DNA of 64,000 bases from Schizochytrium sp. TIO01 (GCA_004764695.1 SMSO01000034.1:4588001-4652000), one strand, 5' to 3'; counted from the stretch's first letter, positions 47,350 to 62,260 are shown. Numbers and translations are program-made. The notes: generated by a model not told the origin, from the letters alone.

Positions 47350-50300
47350 AGACTTAAACCTTGGAACTGACTGGCGTATTTGTACAAGCATCTGAACATT
47401 CGATTTTACAACTTCGAAAAGTGGTGGTGTCTACGCAAGGGAGGAGGACACGAGGTGGATGACTGGCCTTGGCTGCATCTGTTGTTCCGCAGACGTATTA
47501 AGAGAATACGTTCATTGCTGGCTGCGTCTTGAACGATTGCTCAAAAGAATTCCTGCCAACATGGTTTTTATTTTATTTTAAATTAAATCAAAGTAATAAA
47601 TCTATTCATTAAAAAAATAATATTTAAAAACAATTCTAAATCTCAGAATAGTTTGTTCAAGGTTTTTAAATATGTTTTTAGTATGTTAAAAGCAATCTAA
47701 TTAAATATGATTTTTAATTTCAAAAATGTGGCAAAGGAAAAAATTACTATTGCAAAAACAAAAACAAAGAAAAGTAACAATTTATTTTGATTATTTTGAA
47801 ACAGTCATAGCCTGCAAGTTAGTTATTTCTGGATGAAAAACATAACCCCGAAAGTATAAGTGAAAGTAAAAACAAAAAAAAAAACAAAAAAAAAACGAGA
47901 GAAGAATAAATATAATGTTAAAAGAAAATTATTTCCTTTAGGTGTAAATATTAAATCAAAAGGAAACTAAAAATTCAATATTTTATAGTTTTATATATAA
48001 ATATTTTTTTATTTTTTTTTTAATTTTGCATAATCATAAATTTTGCAGATTATGTCTTTAACTCAAGTTGTTAAATTAAAATGCAAAGGTTTAAAGAATT
48101 TTGAACATTTGACAGTGAGAGAGCGAGCGAGAAGACCTTATATCGTTAGATATCTGATATTCTAGGTAATCAATCTTCTTGTGCTTATCGTTAAGGTATG
48201 TTGATAGATGGTTGTAAACTGCATGCATGTTATGATATTCGTACAAAGAAAGAAACCAGTGAGACGAGTCTCATTTTTGCACTTTTACAGAATTGAAAGT
48301 GAGATCGCTCGATCGTTTGTTCGAAAAATAAATGTTAAAGAGAAAATCTTGCGCGTGCCTTTCGACTGGACAGTCAAACTATTCTGGCATCTAAATTCGG
48401 TTATGGCGTCTTTCTTTTACACTAACCGAGCAAATGACCCACTGAAGATGCTGATTTTTGTCAAAAAAATCGGCCAATCCAGGCAGCCAGTATCGATCAT
48501 GTTTTTATCCACTAAACGCTATAAAATCTTAAAAGCATTAATGGACGCGCCAATGATACATTACCTGGTGAATTTGATTGCGGTACAAGGAGAAGCAGGA
48601 AGTTGGCATATCAATTCAATTTGTTTATGCACATTTAAATTCTCCTCACGATTTGGCAAAAGTTATAAGTAGAAAAAATTGTCAAATGTATGGTGGTAAT
48701 TTTACATAGATCAAGCCTATGCTAAGTTGCCACCACAGAATATATATTACTACTGCGTTTCACATCAGAGAGGTTCCTTTTTCTCAGTAAATCAACTTTC
48801 ACATCGACCGGGAATATTCGTATCATATTTACCGGCCGATGTAACCAATCATTTCCAGAGAACATGATTTGTTATCATAGAGAGCAAGTCTACATGCAAC
48901 AGTTGCTACATTTCTATTATCTATGAAATCATTCCATTCTGAAGAAACTACCCTGGTTCTTTTATATTATGTGTATCTTTCCATAAAAAAATAAAAAGCG
49001 CATAGCTAGGCTCTGATTAAACTACATTTACCTCATTTATACATTTGGCTAATAACTGTAATGCGATTTGAAATTTGTCGATGATTAGTTTTATGCCAAT
49101 TCATCCGTGAATGGTCGGTTTCATGAGCTCCACCTGAGCTCAAGGAAACATATAATTTGGCAATCAAGCGGACGCCCAGAACACAGCGCACGCCTATTAT
49201 GAAAAATAATCTCACGTGAATTCCCACCGTCGCCATCCCTGACTACACGCGCTCGAAGAGGCCTGGCCAGTTATTCCAGGCATATAAAGAACATGCGAAA
49301 GGAGAGAAAAAATCATTTGACAGCACACAATATAGCCGCCTACCTACATATCAAGAGCTAACAAATAAAAGTGCTCTTAGACGCGTGAAGTCTGCTAGCG
49401 TAGATTTATTTATTTATTTATTTATTCATTCAATAATTCGTTCATTGTTTATAGTCGGGGGTTATTATCGAAAAAAGAAGTACAGCACTGAGCACACGCA
49501 ACAAGCTACTAGTGGGTGAGTCAGTCTTCGAAAAGCCTGTTGCTCGTGCCAGCGTAACTACATTAGGCGACCCTGTTGCAATTTCCTCCATCTCAGAGCC
49601 CTGACCTGTGGGCGCCCGTTCAAATCTGCCAGAGATGCCTCTTTTGCTGCGGATGATGCTCCTTCATTTCAAAGACTCTTTCACTCCCCGCTGCTCCTCC
49701 TTCAATGTCCCCCTTCCTGCCCGCAGAAACAGGAGAGCTAAAAAGTATCAGGATTTGGAATTCCACTTTTCATTCATTCTATAAAACAACTCGAACGAAC
49801 GAACCATTCATTCAATCATTCAATCATTCATTCCTCTTTCCTTCTGCAACTTACTACTCGTAGAGCGTAGTGCAGTGAGCTTCAAGTACTGCTGTCGATC
49901 TCAGCGAACAAACGACTCATCGACAAACCTGAATGTTGGGTGCACCATGGCATGAACTTGGATTTACCCGCTGACTGCTGCTGCTAAATCTGCCGCTATT
50001 CCTGCTGCGATGATGGATACTCAGAAGCGGAGAAATGGGCCTCAACACTGAGCTTGGGAAGCCAGAACTCCAAGTCCCACCGGTCCTATACATACGTGGA
50101 GAGGCCTCGATGAGTAAATATCGACTCTCAGTTTGGCTCTATCTATCTATCTTTCTATCTTTCTACCGCTGTGACAGGAGCTCTTTCGGGTTGACTTCCG
50201 CGCACCAAACAATCACACACGGAAACAAAGCAAACCATTGGATTTTATCAGCATAAAACTCAAATCCATTGGTTTACTGCCGGTTCTCCACGAGCATGAA

Positions 50301-52771
50301 ATGAACTCAAGCTCTGCGAAAATCATTGATTGATTGATTGATTGATTGATTGACAAAACCAGATTCATCAAAACCTATCCCTAAATCTTTCGTCTGTCTG
50401 GGAAGTACGTACTAAGTACGGTTTACCTAAGTACTGCTAAAGGGAAGGAGGACCTCCAGAAGGAAGGAAGGCCTGAAAAGAGTAATTAGATTAGGGAAGT
50501 TCAAGTCCTCCATTCCGGACCTGGCAATGCCGAAGGAATTCATGAAGGAATGAATTCATGAATGAATTCACGAATTTATGAATTCTTGAACGAATTCCGA
50601 GAGCAAACATCGCACGTTCTGCTTCTGTTTCCAGAGTCTCGTTTCTATGGTGTCTAGTCATTGCGCAGCACTGCTCCAGGAGCGGAGCCTCGAATGGAGA
50701 CGCTTTTGAGGTCCAAAGGGCTCAGAACTGAAGAGCTGAAGAACTGAAGAAAGAAGGAAAGAAGGGGGAAAAAAGGAAAGAAAGAGGAGTGTTCAAAGTG
50801 GAAGAAGAGCTCCAAGATCAGCTGAATCCCAAGTCGACGACGGCTTCTCTTCGTTCTTTTTTTCCACCTTTTTCCCCCTACTCTGCAATAGGCTATGTGT
50901 ACGAAGGCATGAATATGGTACTCTTCGTCAGTCCTCGCGTCTATCTCGATTCAACTTCTTCAAGGCAGGCAAGCAAGCAAAGCTGCAGCTCTGGACCCTT
51001 TCGAGACGCAGCTGTTGCTCTTTCGATAGCTTAGTCCATCTCTCACCGAGCTCCTCTCGTGTAAACAAAGCTCGCCTCAACAAATACTCCAATCAACCAT
51101 CAACTAACTTGAAACAATCATTCATCTCCGAACTCTGCGCTGAAAACCTTTCCAAACAGAACGCCCCTTTGGAACACCTCCCCTGCTTCTCCCTAGCTTC
51201 CTTCGAGGGAACGAGGGAACGGCGTTCTTTCGGCTCCCGGTGTCCTACCGGGCGTCTACCCGCAACTATAGGACGCGGTGCATGTGCCTCGCCCTGAGAG
51301 TAGACAGTCCTCGGCTGGGTTTTGGAAGTCCGCGCCACTGCGGGTCTTTGTAGTGTCCATGGTAAACGAGTACCACGGGAGGCAAATCGAGTGTACCCTG
51401 GTTTCCGATTCCTACCTCTGATGGAGACTTCTGCTGCGCCATTCAAACTTTGGTGTTTGCTTTCTCTCTCTCTCTGAGCCAAGAAGCGGGCAGTCAGCAA
51501 AGCAGTCAGCAGAGCAGTCATTCAGTCAGTGAGGCGGTAAGTAAGTAGGTAAACTAGCTGAGAGTGGTAAAGTCAGCCGCTCACATCCATCCATCCATCC
51601 ATTCGCTCGCTCGCTCGCTGCCTCGACGCCCTCTTGTTCTTCTTATCTGTCAAGGCTCTCTTTCTTTCTCTCTCTCTTTCTGTCTGTCTTTATTTACTGT
51701 TCTTTACTTTTCTTTATTTTTCTTTCTTTCTTATTTCTTTCTTTCTTGTTTCTTTCTTTCTTTCTTTTCTTCGAGCTCTTCCTTCAACTTTTGAAGTGCT
51801 CACCTCTCAGTATTCAACAATAAGCAATTATCTAACCTCAAATGAGAACTAGGCGTATCGTTAGTGGTAGGTAGGCGAGCTAGTAGCGGGCCGGCTCGGT
51901 TCCTATCAATCGGTAGGGAAGGCTAGGCATGCTTGTTTTCTTTTTTCCCGTGGGTTCTTCTTTGGAAATTGGGTTGTGCAGATTTGTGCTGTGAGTTCGT
52001 TTGTTGGCTTGGCAAAAGGAGAGTGGAGTAGTTCGAATGGGATATAGATTCTTAAACTAACTTAGAGGCCTCTCCTGTTGAGGGAGTTGGTTGTACCTAG
52101 GTAGGAAGAAGTTGAGGGCTTTGCTACTCTGCAGTATAAGGAGAGGAGGAGAGAGAGTGTGTGTATGTGTCTGATTTATTATTTATGGTTGTTCTTGCGT
52201 GGCGATTGATTTCTTGACGCCGTTTGACGAGGAGTAGAATCAATGCCTGTCATTCGCCCATCAAGCTGGACGATAGCGCAATGGCAATTTGCATGGAGAC
52301 AAGAGCAAGCTCGTTTAGACTTACTTTCCACAAATATGAAGTGGAGCGCCACGGCTCAGCAGAAATTGAATAGTTTCACTGCGGAGAGGTCCAGGAACGA
52401 AGGTAAGGCGACCTGAGCAGTACATGCTGCTGCGAATTGACCTCGTATCTAGTTGATCATAGAGACAAAGGTCGCGGAAACAGACCAAACCCAAACCAAC
52501 AAGCAGAGAGGGAATGTGCAAAGGCCAAACTCATGAAGTCAGCGGCAACGCTGCTTTAAGAGCGCTGAGTCGATGACGTTGGTGGGTTATCATCGAACAT
52601 TATACATTCGAAGAGCTGCAAATTGGAGTCGGCGGAGACCGCAAAGTAGATGCTCTAATCTACGACGCTTAGAAAAAGCGTGAATGCGTATGGTCATGAC
52701 ATAGCACGCATGTGCTCTGTTCGAGAAACTGCATTTGTCATCGTTTCTCGAAACTTCTAGCTAGTACATTG

Positions 52772-52829
52772 TTGCACATTATGAATTATGTTGCCGTGTT
52801 TTGCACATTATGAATTATGTTGCCGTGTT
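52772..52829. repeat. Perfect 29-bp tandem duplication TTGCACATTATGAATTATGTTGCCGTGTT
   Basis: Copies at 52772-52800 and 52801-52829. Confidence 0.9.
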
Positions 52830-55800
52830 CTCTCTGGGAACCCAATTAAACAAGCTGCACTCCCGCCGAGCTGTGCGAATAGGAAATCATGAGCATTCAA
52901 GTAAGTGGAATTGATTTCTTCAGAAAGGAGGACCCAATGATAAGACGCGAATCAACATGTGTGTAAATAGCTGCAAATGAGTAAATGTGTGACGCTCAAT
53001 CTATAAGAGCTTAGCTGAAGTTGCAGGCACCATAGGTAAAGTATCATAGCCAGCTTATTTTGTCTGGGTATTCTCAACACTACAAACATAATCAGAGGCA
53101 GCAGCCGTATTGTTTGAGAGGACTGACTCGCGATTATCAAAAATGTAGACTTGAAGGGTCCTTCAATTGAAAGCACGCGGAGCAAGCTGACCGCTGAAGA
53201 TACATATAGCTGGGAAAACAACTTACCAAAGCCGAGTATCAAGTTCTTCCTGCCCTACCTCCGGGTTATCACACATAGCGTTTTCTTAATCTTTAAAAAG
53301 AGTGCTGTTTGAAGGGGGCCCGGTCGCGAGGTTTGCATGCTTCAAAGTATATTATAGTATATTTGACGTAGTCTTCTATCTTCGCAGGAATGTATACACG
53401 TTTGTTTTAAGGGGATCGGTGCCCGACAACGAAATTTTAATCGATTTCGTCAAGCTGCCAATGTCTGTCTCTTAATTTTCAATTTAAGAATTGGTATATG
53501 TTTGTTCAATCCAAGAAGGCAGTCTTAGAGGGTACTAATTCCAAAAGCTAATATTTGAAGATCAAATCAACTCAAGAGTAGATCTGAAAGTTCTAAATGA
53601 GATTCAAAGCTGTCTGGTGTAGTTTTGATGTTTGATCTTAGGTAGGTGCTGATTCCACTTTTTCAGTTCAACTTAAAAACTTTTTTAAAATGATTTTAAG
53701 TTTTAATTTAAAAAGAGAACTAAATTTAAAGACGTTTTAGTTTATTATATTTTGAAAATAAAAGCATTTTTCAATTTTTATTTAAAAATAAAAAAGGTAT
53801 AAAAAAATAATCCTTGCAAACAAATTTTAATAATAATAAATAATAATAGAAAAGTTTAAGTAAGTTAAAATAAGATTTAGTAAAACTAAAATTCTAATCT
53901 TCAAATTAACATGAAGAATATTTATTTATATCATCTAAAGGATATAATTGTGAGAAGAAGAAGCTATGGTTTTGGCAAATTATCGCAATAAAGGAAGTTG
54001 GAAACTTCCAACCTGCAAAAGCGTAGCTCTCGCGGGGTTTATATATGATCACTATGGAGGCTTCAATTAACTTTAATTAGCCAGGAAGTAAGTTAAAGAG
54101 CGACAGAAAAGCGCGAGGAAATACAGAAAAGAAAAGCAAGCGAGAACATGGCTTCTCTCTCCGTCTCGCTCAGTTAGACACGACAAGCGGCACAATCATT
54201 CACCACCTATTGCTCGTTTTGGTTTCCTACTCTCTAGAGAGGTTTCTCAGGAGTTCCTGCCCAGTGTTGAGGAGGATGGATATCCGTCCGAAGGTCCCTG
54301 GCCTGGGTCAGAGCGACTCTCATGATTAAAAATCTATTTGGCATGAAGCCAAGAAGATCGGTGTGCTCACTGCAAGTTCCAGGCAGTTGTGAAATCCACG
54401 AACTTCATTTAGATCCAACTTGCTAGAACAGGTTCTTTCTTCTGCGGTGAGCCCACATTGCCAGAATTCAAGACGACGGGATACGTACGAAGAAATGCCG
54501 CAAGGACCAAGATTGATCATCGTCTGGGAGCCACGGGCTTTCGCTCGTCAGAGGAAATAAGTAAGTTGCGATCTTTTAGCTTCGGGGCAAGGTAACCAAT
54601 CACTCAACGATAGCCACACACTCGTGATTCCGCCATTGCGATGTTAGAGAACAGACTGTCGCAAGAGAAGTTATTGCAAGGGACAACAGTGATCTTGGCA
54701 ACCCATTCCTGGCGGCATTCCCCCGCCGGAGATCTTATTCTAATTAAAATAAACAAACTATGAACTATTAAAGGACAAACAGCGCTTTACAAATACTGCA
54801 CACGTCATCAAGCCTAGAAGATAGATAGTGTGAGACTGTAGTAGAGATTGGCCTTCTGGTCTTGTTAATTGTAAAAGTGCAGCCTAATATCCTCTCCAAC
54901 GCGCGTTTCCGTCGTCAGGGAGGATCCTGAGGTTCGGGAAGAGAAGCATCCCTCATGAGTTAGTTTACTCGGACCCGTGACACGGCATACCAACTGCAAA
55001 ATACTGAAAACTCGCTTCCATTACGCTGGGTGTATAGGGTTGTGCAAGATCTTGGATAATCAAGGTATTGGCATTTGCTTACGCTGCTCTGGTGAAATCA
55101 GGAAACTCTGGCTAGCTTGATTCCAAAAACTTTAACAAATAGTTTATATTTTTCCTTGCATTGCAAAAGTTGCTCAAGTTGGTACCACCAAGAAACATGA
55201 GTTTCTGAGTTTGGTCCAGCCAGCCACATACGGGTGGTGGTTGATATCTTCATCACCATTCGACTTGGCTTGCATCTCCACTAGAAATGGCTGGAGATCT
55301 ATGTTTCAAACTGTAGGGAGAAGCTATCGTCGGTCTCGGTTTCTCGAGACTCGCCTGTCCTTTTCAGGAACGCCAAAGTTAGATGAATTTGACGAGGAGC
55401 TCTGAGGGTGTGCGTCTGTCTACCTTGTAAGTACAAGTAGTTCGTTCAAGATCTCAATTGATTAAGAAATGTGTGTTCTCTTTTGCAGTTGAATATCAAA
55501 TATCCATCCCTCTATGGTCTTCAGGGTGAGTGAACTAGGAGCAAGAAGTAGTTTGCGCGAACATAGTCTGCGTTGTTTTTTCGGTGTAGCAGTTGTTCTG
55601 GCAATCAAGATCGGCGTGACGACCATCGTAAAGCTTGGGGCTCGAGTGCTGAGGCAATGATGCACGGGACCAAGATTGAGAAACTCGGTCAATGAATGGC
55701 TGCTGCGCACATGCTCAGCCAGTTTTGCAGCTCCAGGATGGAAGGCCCCGGCTTAAAGTGGAGCGCCATCCACGACTGTTACTTCGTGCGGTAGCTGGCT

Positions 55801-56697
55801 GCACCAAGCAACTGCACAGCTGAAGACAGTGACTGCATTGAAGTACGCATCGAAATTTCCAAGCTCGTCGTCATGCGTTTTGGTTAGTAGCTTCTGTGGT
55901 TGTTGTCTACAATTCGTTCTCATCATCATCTTGCGAACAATCAACAGCCTGTGCTGCTGTTCAGCCTCCTCGAGGATGATCGAATAGACAGGAGTCGACA
56001 ACTCATGGCTGGCCAGGAGGGAGGAGCGTGGCTGTTGCCTGGCATGTCCCGAGGAGAACCTGTTTCTGTCCTCGACTCCCTCCTTGCCGCGCAGTTTCGC
56101 AGTTTTGCACAGGAACCACAGCCAATAAGGCAGATCGCACTTAAAGCTGTCTGTCAGCACGGGACACCTACGAGGGATTTGGCGGACAGACAGAGTTCAG
56201 ATGGGGACTAGTTGAGAACCATCGCCCTCCATGCATGGCTCGCAGGGGGGGTGGCCGTGACTTTGACATCGACATCAACATTGCCATTGACATTGACACT
56301 GGCGATGGTTAGTGGCCAGGCAGCAGCAATTTTCAAGGTCGCCTTCATTTCGCAGTACTGGCTGACGCAATGATCAGATCATCGGTCACTGTGTATCTCA
56401 CAGACAGCACAAGGCTCCAGCCAGCTGAACCCGTGCTGGACTTTTTAGTTGGAAAATGTGCTACGTACTACACAGAGCTTGCTCGAACAAGAACTTCGGG
56501 TCAAGTCACTTTGTTCTTCTCCTTCGGGTTCTCATTCCTCTTCCTCTTTGCACGTGCGTCAATCGTCTCGTTCTTTGGTTCTCGCTCACGGTGAACCCTT
56601 AGAAGCGACAACGATCGGTCTCCGGGTTGGTCCTGGCCGTGCGTGCCTCGAAGCTGCGACGAGTCCGCAGTACGTCGATCGATCTTGGATAAATCGA

Positions 56698-56966
56698 TGA
56701 ATGGATGAATGGATGAATGGATGAATGGATGAATGAATGTACGATGAGAGACCATGATGCAATCAATGGCTAGGCACGGAGAAAGTCCTACTGCTTTTCC
56801 TAGCCACCCTCTTCGTACTTCGAAGTACCTTTTCACCTCCTCGTGGTAGTCACCGACCGCACACCGGTGCGTGCTCCAGCACCTCCATCCGTGTGAGCCA
56901 TTCTCTTCTTCTTCTACCACCAAATCATCAGGCTGCTGCAGGTCCTTCCACTGCCTCAAGCTGCTA

Positions 56967-57026
<60 letters not shown>
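56698..57026. repeat. (ATGAATGG)n at 56698-56738 and (ATTG)n at 56967-57026
   Basis: Directly visible. Confidence 0.9.
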
Positions 57027-57027
<1 letters not shown>

Positions 57028-60000
57028 CTGCTCTCTAAGTCGAGATGATCCAGAGCTCTCCAGGCTCACGAAAGCGTGCTAATAATGCGAAGGCACTAGA
57101 ACTTGAAGGAATATACTAGTTTATGAAAAAGTCTGCTTCTGCGAGCGAATTACGGAGGACGAAATCAATCGACCACGGCCGAAGCTTTGCTCGATAAATT
57201 GTAGTATATAATTAAACTTCTTGTGGGACTGACGGTGATGAGGCTTCTCGACGGAAACTTGGGGCCGACGGCGATTGCGTGTAGGAGCGTGGCTTGACAC
57301 GTGTGCGGTCGTCATTCAGGGTGTTTTCATTATACTTGAGTCAGTCAAATGAAGGCAATGTATGTATTGATGATGCCTTGTGCTGCTAATTAATTACTTC
57401 TCCGAAGTGCTTTGCTTTCTACAGTTGTTATCGAAAGAATGGCATTTCTTTCCGAGCCTTGGGTTTCAAGGATCGTGGTGGGTTTCTCTTGTCTCTTCCA
57501 CGGGAGCAGAACAGCTTGTTTCCATTACCGCCGCCCGATTGCTGCGCGTGGTGCGTCGCTGCTGAGAAGCCATGAATGCGTGCTGTGCTGTGAGCACTGA
57601 GCAGAGGGCACGGGCCACGACGGACAGACACCTGATGAGAGGGGGAAGATTGTCGTGTTTTCTTCAATTTTTAAAGGAAAAAGAAGGCTTCAAAGAGAGC
57701 AGAAAGAAAAGACTGCGACGACGATGAAGTTTAGTGGACAATCCTATCCAATCATTCAGCAGAGAAGATCGCTCGCTCGCATGATAACCCGTACCAATGA
57801 TTGCGTGCATGCATGTGGCGCGAAGGTTTTGTCTTCTGTTGTAGAACATATTACCATACACAGTGCTTTACGCAGTTAAGCTTCCTTCCTTGGTTTAGGG
57901 CTTTAGAATAAAAATCTCTCTCTCTATAAAAACATTTTAAAATAAAAAAATAACAGATAAAGTAAATAACTACAAATTGATAATTAGTAAGAACAGGTGA
58001 AAACCAACCTGTCATGTGATCTTCCGCACTGTACCTGTTCAATTTTGAGGGCTCCAGCGATTTCAACTTCTCCAGTCTCAAAGCTGAAGAAGAGGAAAAT
58101 GGAAAAAGAAAAGAAGCCCAGAAGCAGCGCGTGTGTTGGCGAACACTGCGAGCTTCAAGTTTCCACCAAAACAAAACAAAAAAATTCCTCACGTAGCAGG
58201 TGCTATCTATATACATGTGTGTGCAGGCAATAAGTTTTTGTGAGTTTGCGCATTGTCCACGTGCCCAGGCAGACGCCCTCTTACTTCCTAGAAGCAGTAG
58301 AAATCTCGCATGAGTGGCTTTTACTTTCTGCCTGCTTGACAAAGAGAAGACAGAAATACATGCATAAATTCATAATAGACAGACAAGCGTGTTGAATATC
58401 CTCGCGAGCTTGAACAGAGATGGCCGCCGGCTCATCGTTAAGGGATTAATTACTTAATATATTATTTAAATAAGTATTGCTCGCAAGCAAGAGGATGGGA
58501 TCTCAAGACAGACCTCAGTTATGGTGCAAATCGATTAAATCGAATTCATGCCAGCGAGCCCTTTTTTTTTTATCTTGGCAGTTCAAGATACTTGACGAAG
58601 ATGACATCTTTTGGCGCAACTTGCAGATAGAGATTTCGAAAGCCACGATAGGCTGGATCGTAAGAGATGACTAGGAATTCACGGTACTTTTTTGTAATCG
58701 AATAAACGAAGCTCGAGAGGGGGATCTTTCCTCTCCATTGCACACGACAAGATCTAAGAAATAAGAAGCAATGACTGTTTGGCACAGAGGGTTTTTTCAG
58801 TTCGTGCCGTGCACCGATGCCCGTCTCACGCCGCGCTCGCGTGATGTCGCAAAATTTTCAACCACTTCAAAATAGTTGAGTCATCGATTTTATAGCGCCG
58901 CACTCCATGCGTGAAACTCCGTGGGTCAGACCTATTTGGCAGGAACACTCTTGGACCGATTAATGGTTCAAAAATAGCAACATTTGCTCGTGATCCTCGC
59001 CTCCGAAATAATTTTTATGAAGTTCTGGTAATGAGTATTTAATTTATGCTTCCCATAATCGTTTTATTGTAAGTTAAATTATTTATACATATTTTCTATT
59101 TTTTTTAATATAGTGATAAAGAAGCAGAAGCAGAACAGGAAAGAAAATAAAATAAGTATAACTTTTAACAAAAATGTTAAAATGGAAAAGACAACGTAGC
59201 ATTTTTGACTTTGAGAAATACAAAAAAAATTAAAATTGTGTAAGCTAAGAATAAAAACAGCCACCATCACTAACTAATCCATTCACTTAGGTATAAGATC
59301 TCTCACACAGAATCGGATAACTCAGCCTCAGCGAAAAAGACGAAAACCAGGCGTTTCAGGCGCCTGAAGCAGCAGTTCAACTTTATCTTTTAGGAGCGTT
59401 CTATACCCTCACTAGAGATTACGCTGCCATATAATGTGGCCTGATAGCTCATCTCGCCCCTTTTATAAGATGAAGAAAGCAACCAAAGCGCAACTACCAT
59501 ACTCTGAAACATCTGTATAATTAGAAACATCAAGAATAATAATACTTAAAAAGTTTGTTTTAATGCGGGAAAATAGAAAGAGATATAAAAGATAAAGATA
59601 AAAAGCAAAAAATAAGTTGTCCTGATGGCTGGCGGGGGACCAGGAAACGCGCAAAAGAAAAGCTATTAGTGACCAGGATTCCAAGAGCTTGGTAGCAGCT
59701 CCTAAGCGTCAGCGACCAACATCGTGCTCGCTACAATATAAAACGCCGAGACCTCTACTTCCTATCATTTGTTTAATAAATTAAAAACAAAAAGAATATC
59801 GCTCTGTCGGTTGCCCTTTCATGCCTTCTTCCTAGTCTTCATACAGATTAAGTCATCGTTGCCACGTTTCAGATCGCGACACTCTCGTACGAATCAAGCA
59901 GGTCTGAGCGTGGGATCCGGTTAATCAATATACGCTCTGCAGAATGATAGCCAAATATTTGATTGATTCGAAGAGCACATTACGTACCTACTGTCGAAAC

Positions 60001-62086
60001 GCCACCCGACTGACCGGGACATGGTACTTGTGTCCATGGGTCAAGATGTTATTTCTCTGTTTCGACCTTGTTTGAGTTGAGGCATTTCAAGAGATGCGAA
60101 TGGAGCTCGAGTTAGGTCTTCTGCGGCACAAGACTGACTGACGGACTGACTGTTTAGAGGAGATTAAGAACCGGTCTGCGTCCGGGTTGAAGCAGCTCGC
60201 AGAAGTCGCTTCGGTTTATGTATGCTTCCGTGCTCTGTTGTGGTTTCTTGTTTGTAAAGGCCACAGATATGTTCGCAACGAGATCATAGCCTTTTCTGCG
60301 AAAGGGCGGATGAAAAATAGCTGCGAGAATCTTTCAAGATAAACCGGGATGATCGAAGGAAACATCAAACAGAATAAAACATGAAGCATCGAACATGATT
60401 CATGATTTGTGATTAGCGATGGGGGTTGTGAGCCGGGGATTCGTGAGTTTGCATTCATTCCAACGAAGGAATCACGCTCCTTCATAAGTTACAAGTTATG
60501 AAACAAGCAGAGCCGCCAGAATCTCAATTTGCTTGAAGCAATTCATGTAGTTGTTTATTTATTTATTTGGCTGGCTCAAAGCAGAGAAGGTCAAAGTCGA
60601 AGTTTGACTCAGGGGCAGAGTACTAAAGTAGCTTCCCTTCTTTGTGTTCCATTGTCATGTTTGATTGGCTCAGCATTCGTCGCTGCTCAGTCCTAAATTG
60701 GTTGATCTTCCCTTTCTCCCATGATTTATTTATAAAGTAAAAAATAGATATAAAAACGAATGGAAGGATATCATATGCAACTGAAAAACTACTTACTTTC
60801 TGTTTTTTTTTTTTTTTTTTTTTTAACTGGTAGCTGTTGCCTAATAATAGGAATACCTCTTTACGAGCCTACCTACTTTAGATAGATATCCAGGTTCGAT
60901 GGTTTCATTCACTCGCCCAGAAAGAGCTCCACCGACTTGTAGTCTAAAACTTATCACGCACACCACCGATGGATGCATGAGTTTCAGGCGAGTGCTCTAG
61001 TTTTCCTATCTATCAATAACTCCATTCATGATTACTTACCCAGAACCATCAGTATTGTATTCAATATCTACTATAAAATTATCAGAATTTAGCTACCTCA
61101 GATTCATGGCAATTCCAAAGCTGTGCCTAAAGCTATGATGCGCGTGTGTGTCTGTGAGTCTGTGTTTATTGACGAATTTATCGATCTTCAAGTTATTTAT
61201 TCCATCGTTCGCCGTTGATCTCCGTTGTTTGCTTGGTCAGTTAATTGATTGATTAATTAATTCATTTGCTTGCTTGCTTGCTTGTCTTCTTGAATAATTA
61301 AATCATTGATCCATTATGATCAATTCATTGATTCATGGATTCATTGATTCATTGATTGAGCAATCTTCATTAGCTCGCTCGAATCCCACGAGCCAGCGTG
61401 AGCCAGATCTCGACCGCAACGCTGAAGCCTGCTTTTTGGTATTTCGCCCACGCTATTTCCTCTTAAGGCGGTCGGCATAGTCCTCGCTTATGCACTCGTA
61501 GCGCGGCACTTCCCGTCTTCGCAGCGATTTGGAAAGAAAACTTAGACTCTCAAGCACAGAGAAAAGAGAAGGCCTAGGCGCCTCGCTAAGGGAGCGCTAG
61601 GGGTGCGCTAAGCCACCCGGGATTAGTACTACCTCTTTCGATCCAAATTTCCTTTTACACACACTCTGCATTGCAAGTTTTTAGTTAGATGGATGGGAAG
61701 GAAATCAGAGATCGTGGAGGATTCCGCGGCGGCCTTCGAAAGCAAGGGAAAATAGCAACATCGAAGTTAAATTTTAAAAAAATCCCTTCGCTCTGTGCTC
61801 CCGTGGAAGCGCAGTGCCACGAGCCCTGTTTTGGTCCTTGGAGTGGTATCGCTTGCGTTTTGATAAAATTACTATGCTGCTGTTTTGTTTTAGTTTGATA
61901 ATTTTGCGCGCTTCTTTCTCGCAGGGGAGGGAGAAGAATGATGAAAAAAATTGTTTTTCGTTGTTTGCAAAGACTAAAAGTAAAAGAGTGCTGGAAGGAC
62001 GGGGAAAACATGAATATCTACCTCTATTTAATTCCTATTGGGGCTTGATCATATTTTCATATTCAATCCTTAGGTTAATCCCACTT

Positions 62087-62260
62087 TGAATGAATGAATG
62101 AATGAATGAATGAATGAATGAATGAATGAATGAATAAATGAATGAATGAATGAATGAATGAATGAACGAATGAATGAATGAATGAATGAATGAATGAATG
62201 AATGAATGAATGAATGAATGAACGAATGAATGAATGAATGAATGAATGAATGAATGAATG
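62087..62260. repeat. Long (GAAT)n microsatellite
   Basis: About 170 bp of nearly perfect GAAT units. Confidence 0.95.

Noticed and set aside
51290-51340. Hammerhead ribozyme or RNase P motif (CTGAGAG, GGAAGTCC)
   Set aside because: Does not fit CUGANGA...GAAA, and no RNase P CR-V partner motif is seen.
47302-52829. 16-mer x3 and 29-mer x2 repeats as CRISPR arrays
   Set aside because: Copies are directly adjacent with no spacers, there are no cas genes, and the DNA is eukaryotic.
55460-56960. Coding-like fragments on the minus strand
   Set aside because: Interrupted by stops and microsatellites; no motif I can assign.
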